A DNA stretch of 42,345 nucleotides. It comes from Phoronis australis. Taxonomy: Eukaryota > Animalia > Phoronida. A model generated the notes under the pieces. That model had not been told where the DNA came from and did not search any database. It saw only the letters and a program-made list of their open reading frames with translations. Position 1 is the first letter of the stretch, and every line of letters begins with the position of its first letter. The position numbers were made by a program, and so were the translations under genes. The DNA is taken from NCBI GenBank assembly GCA_002633005.1, contig NMRA01000630.1, positions 197,115-239,459 of the forward strand, read 5' to 3'. Below are positions 33,976 through 42,345 of this stretch, one piece after another.

Positions 33976-36900
33976 GTGGCCGCTCAATAAAAGTGAGACC
34001 ATTACTTCATTTGATAGCTGGAAACAGAATTTATTATACGTCCTTTCATTGGACCCTCACTTTGCGCCATTTCTTGTCGACGGCGTTAGTTGGCTAAAAA
34101 AAAAACAGCCGCTGCTCCACTGCGTGGTCTGACCAACAACCCCGACGACAACCCTGAACCGCAGCGGCGTTCTGCTCACATGAACTCAGGCTTGGACAAA
34201 TTGCTAATTTTTGTCATATCCCGTAATTCTATCGTTAAGTCATCCACCTCTGTCCAGGACATTTGGCAGAAAATCCGCCAACATTTCGGATTCGCTTCCA
34301 CAGGAGCACATTTCTTAGACCTGAGACTCATATCATTAGATCCAAATGAACGCCCTGAAGATCTATTCCAGCGCTTCACTGCTTTTTTGAGGATAACTTA
34401 CTCACCATTGGGTGTGGCATAACGCATCATGGCGAAGCTGTCGACATCGACGAAGACATTACTCCCTCCCTCGAAAATACTATTGTGTTCTTATGGTTAC
34501 AGATGGTCCATCCAGGTTTACCCCAACTTGTTAATCAACGATACGGCGCGGAATTGTGCAACAAGTGCCTTGCCTCCACCAAGACTGAAATTTCTCAAGC
34601 TATGAACTCACTACTTGATGAGCTTAGGTGCATCGAGGACATTCGCTGCATGCGCATAACCAGCTCGAAGACAACCCCCGCTCGCCACCATAGAACCCCG
34701 TCGTACGCCTTATGCACTCCCTCAGACCACTTCTTGTCTGGGTGCCCGTTCCTCCCGCCTGACGACAAGTGCGCCTTTCTCAAGGCCCGGTCCACCGACG
34801 TTGACTAGGCCACCGAGGAGGACTTTGCTAAAGACACAATATCTTGCGGGCAGCTCTGTCCTGACTCCGCTGTCGCGCTTTGCGTCCACGTTGTCCAGTC
34901 TCCTTATCTCGACACATTTGTTGGTGAAACCCCCGTGCGTTTGACATGTGATTGTGGTGCAACAAGAAACATGATTAGCGCATCGTGTGCACGTTTGTTG
35001 GGCGCGGAATTTCGTAAAAATTCCCAAACCGGCTTACATCTACTCTACAGGTTGTGGGGGAAACTCGACTTGTCTTCACACGTGACGAGCATTCCTTCGT
35101 TTTTCACGGTTTTGTTATCGAGTCTCTTGACGTAGACGTCTTGGCAGAAACCCCATTTATGACTTACAACGACATTTCAGTACGACCTGCTCGTAAGGTT
35201 ATCACGTTGGCCGACGGATCTTATGGCCAACCCGTTAACCAATACCCACGGCCCATAGCACGACTGTCCCACGTGTTACGTGCTCCACCTCACGCGACAG
35301 CCATCTGACCTGGTGATTGTCTTGAGGTGGAGGCCCCGTCCGATTTTACCGATCCTAAAGAACATCTTGCAATCGAACCTCGCTGCGGCAGCATTAGCCT
35401 CCGCTCCACGGGTGTTTCCCAGCTATGGCCACAACCCGCCATTCTNTTATGGTTACAGATGGTCCATCCAGGTTTACCCCAACTTGTTAATCAACGATAC
35501 GGCGCGGAATTGTGCAACAAGTCCCTTGCCTCCACCAAGACTGAAATTTCTCAAGCTATGAACTCACTACTTGATGAGCTTAGGTGCATCGAGGACATTC
35601 GCTCCATGCGCATAACCAGCTCGAAGACAACCCCCGCTCGCCACCATAGAACCCCGTCGTGCGCTCTATGCACTCCCTCAGACCACTTCTTGTCTGGGTA
35701 CCCGTTCCTCCCGCCTGACGACAAGCGCGCCTTTCTCAAGGCCCGGTCCACCGACGTTGACTAGGCCACCGAGGAGGACTTTGCTAAAGACACAATATCT
35801 TGCGAGCAGCTCTGTCCTGACTCCGCTGTCGCTCTTCGCGTCCACGTTGTCCAGTCTCCTTATCTCAACACATTTGTTGGTGAAACCCCCGTGCGTTTGA
35901 CATTTGATTGTGGTGCAACAAGAAACATGATTAGCGCATCGTGTGCACGTTCGTTGGGCGCGAAATTTCGTAAAAATTCCCAAACCGGCTTCCAGGCCGA
36001 TGGTACATCTACTCTACAGGTTGTGGGGGAAACTCGACTTGTCTTCACACGTGACAAGCATTCCTTCGTTTTTCATTGTTTTGTTATCGAGTCTCTTGAC
36101 GTAGACGTCTTGGCAGAAACCCTATTTATGACTTACAACGACATTTCAGTACGACCTGCTCGTAAGGTTATCACGTTGGCCGACGGATCTTATGGCCAAC
36201 CCGTTAACCAATACCCACGGCCCACAGCACGACTGTCCCACGTGTTACGTGCTCCACCTCACGCGACAGCCATCTGACCTGGTGATTGTCTTGAGTTGGA
36301 GGCCCCGTCCGATTTTACCGATCCTTAAGAACATCTTGCAATCGAACCTCGCTGCGGCAGCATTAGCCTCCGCTCCACGGGTGTTTCCCAGCTATGGCCA
36401 CAACCCGCCATTCTTTCTCCGACTAATGGTAAGAATTGCCTGTTCAACAACACCGATGAACCACGATTTTTGCGACGCGATGAGCAGTTTTGCCATGTAC
36501 ACACCGTGTTCACTCCTACGGAGGTTCCATCTGGATCCCCGACAGCCACCCAATGTACCTCATCCCCCAAAAATACCTTGGATCATCATCGCTTTGTTGC
36601 CGTTGATCCCGACAATATTCTCCGTGCTGCAGATCGGGACAGGTTCCACGCCCTACATCGCTCATGTATTTGACCTGCAATACCCCGGGTACAACGGCAC
36701 CGCAGGCCCGTTTGAGGCCGTTGTCAACATGAGTTCTACGCAACCTCCACAGAGGAAAGGTCGCCTCCCCCAATACTCCAATGACAAGCTCCTGGAATTG
36801 CAACAAAAATTCAATTAGCTGGAGCTCCTGGGAGTATTTGCCCGTCCAGAGGATGTTGGTATTACAGTAGAATACCTTAATCCCTCGTTTCTAGTCAAGA

Positions 36901-39900
36901 AGCCCCACGGAGGTTTTCGTTTAGTTACAGCATATTCAGACGTCGGCCGGTACGCCAAGCCCCAACCATCTTTCATGCCTGACGTAAATTCCGTGCTTCG
37001 GAAGATTGCTCAATGGAAAGTCATCACCAAGACTGATCTTACGAGTGCCTTATATCAAATTCCTTTGTCACGAGAGTCCATGAAATATTGTGGCGTATCC
37101 ACACCTTTCCGAGGTATCCGTGTCTACGCACGTTGCGCCATGGGTATGCCCGGTTAGGAAACCGCTTTGGAAGAGTGTATTGGAAGAAGGAGCCGTCACC
37201 AAGCTTGCTGACGACCTATACTGTGGTGGTCAGACTATCACAAACTTGATTACCAACTGGAAAAGAGTGCTATACGCAGTGTCCACGGCGGATCTCCGTC
37301 TATCCTCTACAACGACAGTCATAGCCCCACGACGCACAGAAGTCCTTGGCTGGATTTGGGAGATAGGTACTTTACAAGCTAGCTCACATCGGATAGCTGA
37401 TCTCTCGTCTTGTTCCAAACCTAGTACTGTTCGGCAAATACGATCCTTCATCGGAGCCGTGAAAGCTATGTCGAGAGTCCTGCCTTACTGTGCTTCTTTT
37501 ATCGCCCCACGTGACTCCGCTCTATCGGGATGCGATTCCAAAGACTGCATTACCAGGACCCATGAGTTACATGTTGCCTTCACCTCCGCCCAAAGCGCAT
37601 TGTCCACGCATAAAATCACTTTACCCAGACTGGACGATCAGCTGTGGATAGTTACGGATGCCTCCGCGAAACCCCCTGGCATCGCTGGTACACTATATCT
37701 CTCTCGTGAGGACACGCCACGGCTTCTTCAGTGCGAAACTGAAATCACGTCAGGTCACTTGGCTCCCATGCGAAATTGAAGCCCTCGCCATTGCTGCTTC
37801 CGTGAAACATTTTATCCCTTATCTGATTTAGTCAGCACATCCTGCTATCATACTTACTGGCAGCAAGCCTTGTGTACAAGCTTTCGAGAAACTCTGCAGG
37901 GGCGAGTTCTCAGTCAGTCCTCGCGTGTTGACGTTTCTCTCCACCGTTTCTCGCTATCAGGCTATCGTTCGTCACGTATCTGGTGCCACTAACATCGTCT
38001 CCGACTTTGCGAGTCGCCAGAGCTCAGAGTGCACCGACGCTTCTTGCCAAGTGGGGCTTTTCATGAACACTCTGGAAGACTGTGTGGTGCTCCGTGCTAC
38101 TGCTGCNAGCTATGTCGAGAGTCCTGCCTTACTGTGCTTCTTTTATCGCCCCACGTGACTCCGCTATATCGGGATGCGATTCCAAAGACTGCTTTACGTG
38201 GACCCATGAGTTACATGTTGCCTTCACCTCCGCCCAAAGCGCATTGTCCACGCATAAAATCACTTTACCCAGACCGGACGATCAGCTGTGGATAGTTACG
38301 GATGCCTCCGCCAAACCCCCTGGCATCGCTGGTACACTATATCTCTCTCGTGAGGACACGCCACGGCTTCTTCAGTGCGAAACTGAAATCACGTCAGGTC
38401 ACTTGGCTCCCATGCGAAATTGAAGCTCACGCCATTGCTGCTTCCGTGAAATATTTTAGCCCTTATATGATTTAGTCAGCGCATCCTGCTGTCATACTTA
38501 CTGACAGCAAGCCTTGTGTACAAGCTTTTGAGAAACTCTGCAGGAGCGAATTCTCAGTCAGTCCTCGCGTGTCGACGTTTCTCTCCACCGTTTCTCGCTA
38601 TCAGGCTATCGTTCGTCACGTATCTGGTGCCACTAACATCGTCTCCGACTTTGCGAGTCGCCAGAGCCCAGAGTGCACCGACGCTTCTTGCCAAGTGGGC
38701 CTTTTCGTGAACACTCTGGAAGACTGTGTGGTGCTCCGTGCTACTGCTGCCGAGTTCCTTCAGAGAGAACACAAACTTCCGTTCACCACGAGGCCATCTT
38801 GGTTATCCATTCAATCCGAGTCTCCCGAGTTACGGCGAGTACACTCTCATCTCAACTAAGGGACGCGGCCCTCCAAGAGAGACACCAACGCTCGAGATGT
38901 CAAACGATATCTCAACGTCACCACTATCACATCAGATGGTTTACTTGTGGCTCGGCGAGACAAGTCTCTCGTCGCTCGTGAATAACGCATCATTGTTCCA
39001 CGTCCCATCTTGGACGGCTTACTCACGGAACTTCATTTACTGCTGGGTCACCCCACCTCCCATCAACTGAAACTTGTCACCCAACAATACTTCTTTACAC
39101 TTGATTTAAAGTTTGCCATTGATCGTTGCACACGCATGTGCCATCAATGCTGTTCAATGGGCTCTTTCCCCAAAACCACGACCCTGCAGGGTACCTCTGA
39201 TACACCGTTGGGACACCGTTTGCAGCTGACGTCATGAAGCGCGAGCGACAGCTGATTGTGGTACTCTGAGAGTGCGTCTCTTCTTACACAGCGGCTTGTA
39301 TCATTGCTACTGAACGCCACGAGGATCTTCGAAATGGTCTTCTCCAAACGTGTCTCGAACTGCGCTCGTTAGACGGCCCTCGTGTAGTTCTTCGTACAGA
39401 TCCGTCTTCAGGTTTCCAGGCTCTTCAAAAGGACAAACTCCTAGAACATCATCGCATTTCAATTGAGATCGGACGCATCAAGAATCCCAACCATAACCCT
39501 GTCGCAGAGAAGGCCATACAGGAGTTGTCACACGAGTTACTGCGTGATCAGCATGTAGCCGGCAATGTCAGTTCCTTACAGCTGGCCGTTGTTGTTGCTC
39601 GATGGAACAGCCGCCTTCGCTCCACCTTATTGTCTGCCAGAGAGATGTGGTTTCAGCGCGACCAATTCACCAATTGCCGAATACCATTTCATGACAACTT
39701 GTTGATCTCTTCCCAACGACAACGGCGCTACATCAACCATGGACCCAGTACACGATCCAAGGCTCTTTTGGCCAACCAGGCAGTAGAATGCGACGCATCC
39801 ATCGGCGATCTCGTTTACCTCTACTCTGATAGGGAAAAGACCAGAGCCCGTCCACGATACCTCGTGGTTGCTTCCGATGGCGTGTGGTTGAGTGTTCAGA

Positions 39901-40307
39901 AATTTTCTGGAGATCAGTTACGTAATGCTTCTTACCGTGTCAAGCGCAGCTAGAGTTACCGTGTTCCGTCAGAGATTACTGACATTCCAGCTGCATCACC
40001 TGTCACTGCCCCTTGTGGCCACGATGACGACGACGAGTTCCCACCGTCTTCCGCTGGTTCTACGACAACGCCTTCTGTTGAAACCCCCGTCTTCCCTGCT
40101 CATCCAGAGGCCCAGAGAAGATCGCAAAGGCAGCGCCACAAACCTCATTGGCAAACGGACGATTGGCTTTATGACTGATTTTACTTTGTACTTTGTTAAC
40201 GCCATAGTGACTGGGAATCTTATTAGCACAGTGTTTACTGTTTTTGTTTTCTACTACCTGTTCTTAGTGTAATCTTACCTCATTTTCTGTGACAGAAGAG
40301 GCAATCA

Positions 40308-40423
40308 CGCCATTGCATTGTTATTCGTACGACTGTGTTTGGTGTGAACTCTTCCGGTTCCGCCTCGCTGTATTGTCGGCTGCGAATTAAACTCGTTAAA
40401 CATACAACTCATTGTCTAGTTTA
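40308..40423 (+). repeat. 3' LTR-like direct repeat
   Basis: Copy of 33861-33975; short purine tract AGAAGAGG just upstream. Confidence 0.85.
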
Positions 40424-41183
40424 TCTGGCGTAGGTGTAGTATATCCCAAAAACAGTCGAGCACACCGTAACCAGCAGCGAGGTTTGTTTTCACAGGCAAA
40501 CTCCGGTGGGGAATTTTGCTTATATATCTTTACCGATACAACTGCAAACACACAAGTTGATGCAATGATGTAAAAACGTTGTACTCAACTAAATATGTTT
40601 ACGTCGTGTTTTTGACAGAACTAATTGGAAGTGCCCCCGCGGAGAAATTAGCAATGAATTTGTTCCCGGCTGTTTTGGTTTAACTTACAATAATTACAAA
40701 GAGAGAAAATGTACATGTCAGCGATATTGATGAGTCTGACATAAGTAACGGGATCTAAATTTTAATGTGATTGCAAACTGTAAACTGAAAGGTTGGCAAT
40801 TAGACAATGCAAGTACGCGAACAGCGCCCGTCGGGAACCCCTTATCTGTTAATAATACAATAGGTCTGCGTCTTGTACCGGAAGAATGGGTCAAGTTCGA
40901 AAGCAATGCAAGACTCGTCGAGACTTGTTAAACCCTAAGCCAATTCCCAGATAATAAGTAAGTGATAAAGGTGCGTAATTTTATCAATACCTTTTCATCG
41001 CAGATCAACATTACGTTTAGACCGTGNGAACCCCTTATCTGTTAATAATACAATAGGTCTGCGTCTTGTACCGGAAGAATGGGTCAAGTTCGAAAGCAAT
41101 GCATTACTCGTCGAGACTTGTTAAACCCTAAGCCAATTCCCAGATAATAAGTAAGTGATAAAGGTGCGTAATTTTATCAATAC

Positions 41184-41640
41184 CTTTTCATCGCAGATCA
41201 ACATTACGTTTAGACCGTGATCGTTCTTTCTGTTTACGAAGTCGGTTTCGTTCTCAGTCGGTGCAATGATCTTAACTTGTGTTCCGTCATTACAACCTAT
41301 ATTACACCGGGAAATCGAGTCATTCGCTAGAAACCGGCCTTTATCTCATTCAGCCTCTGTGGGGTTGTAGGGAACCTTACAAATCTATATTCAAATGTAG
41401 TACTATTTCAGATGTGGCTCCGAAAACGTTCATGAACAAGGTACCTTAGGAACACCAACACTTGAATTAAAGTTGGCACAGCAAAATTTCTCTCCATACC
41501 ACAAATTCAACGAATAGCTTCTCGTCCAAAACAAAACTTTCCTCTGAGCTCTTCATCCGTGTATTTGTTCAGAGGATCAGTAAGTTCTCTCTCAAATTCT
41601 CCTGTCTTGGTCGAAATCTATACAGTGAATACATTTTGAT
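41184..41640 (-). pseudogene. Harbinger transposase, 5' exon
   Basis: DPLNKYTDEELRGK, FVRFPTT, FPGV..GCNDGTQVKIIAPTENETDFVNRKNDHGLNVMLICDEK then donor GTATTG; matches the HARBI1 motifs DGTH and NRK-x-x-HS-x-NV. Confidence 0.88.
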
Positions 41641-42345
41641 TTGTATGAAAAGTATCCGAGGTGTGATGGTCGGATAACTTCATACGGCTGATGGTTTGAG
41701 TTATACAGCGGATAACTCTATACGATTTTATGCAACCCAACTTATCCGGCGTATAAGAAGTTATAAGCCGGATAAGTATTTATACGGCGTATAAGGCCTT
41801 ATACGCCGGATAGCAAGTTTTATGCAACCGGGCTCTGGTGTATAATGCATTGAATGTGAATGATGTACAGTTAATATGTATTCGTCAGCCAAATGAACTT
41901 ATTTCGTAATTTTTCGTGCTCTTGAAATATTTGTGTGGTAATTGATGAACGTACTACATGAAAATACACTCAGTTTGTGTTCCTTGCAATCGCAGGTCTA
42001 CGATTTCGTAAATGGTTTGGCGGCCCCCAGCTCTTCTAAATTCGCATTAGGCTTTCAACAGGTTACAAGTACAGCGAATAAGTGTCCAGGCAAAACACTG
42101 CGTCGCCGTTATGACAAATAACTCTGTTAGCAACAAAATTGCTTAGGCAAAAGTTTAAAGTGACTAAGTCATTGGGTTACTAAAATAAGGTGGATGTTAA
42201 TTCATTTGTGTTACCAACCATATTAGTCCAGTCATTCTACGGATAACCCGGAAAAAATTGCGAGAGAAAGTTTTATTGCATAAATCGTATCCTTTCACAC
42301 CCCTTAGTGGGAAAAAAAGTCTACCGGAATCGGAGTGGCGGAAGT

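Larger units (their letters stand above)
33861..40425 (+). mobile_element. Ty3/Gypsy LTR retrotransposon, near full length, decayed
   Basis: gag ([11 protein letters not shown]...ERPEDLFQR), protease (DCGATRNMI), RT ([25 protein letters not shown]), RNase H (IVTDAS), integrase (H...HP...C-x-x-C, FAADV, RTDP, NPVAEKAIQE) in PR-RT-RH-IN order; multiple stops and frameshifts. Confidence 0.92.
30735..41835. mobile_element. Decayed autonomous-type Harbinger/PIF transposon with nested insertions
   Basis: Right end AAGTTTTATGCAACCGGGCTC; inverted subterminal TATCCGGCGTATAA arrays at ~30750-30890 and ~41670-41815; convergent Myb-like and DDE transposase remnants inside. Confidence 0.8.

Noticed and set aside
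41975-42120. Acceptor-like site (TCGCAG) followed by a short open frame
   Set aside because: No recognisable peptide or partner exon within the window.

Overview
Eukaryotic (metazoan, probably marine invertebrate) genomic DNA from a draft assembly, about 40% GC, with single-N contig joins. Host genes: (1) a complete six-exon + strand gene (492-6102) for a 278-aa cation-dependent mannose-6-phosphate-receptor/ATG27-like type I membrane protein; (2) an intronless 335-aa rhodopsin-family GPCR (11086-12093) with divergent motifs; (3) the 3' part of a minus-strand gene whose phase-1 exons encode WSC - kringle - kringle - hydrophobic (GPI-like) tail (30274 to 23928). The rest is mostly decayed, nested transposons: L1/Tx1, L2/CR1 and Penelope-like fragments, hAT-like ends, MITEs, a THAP/Kolobok-like fold-back element, and an ~11-kb Harbinger (Myb gene + intron-containing transposase) that holds a Ty3/Gypsy element in its intron. 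The most unusual signal is a small TA-flanked TIR element family (independent copies near 21.1 and 32.2 kb) whose only coding cargo is a stand-alone HIRAN-like domain. Four of the five Ns sit between near-identical tandem copies, which are probably uncollapsed alleles. All family calls come from motif recognition by eye; no searches were run.
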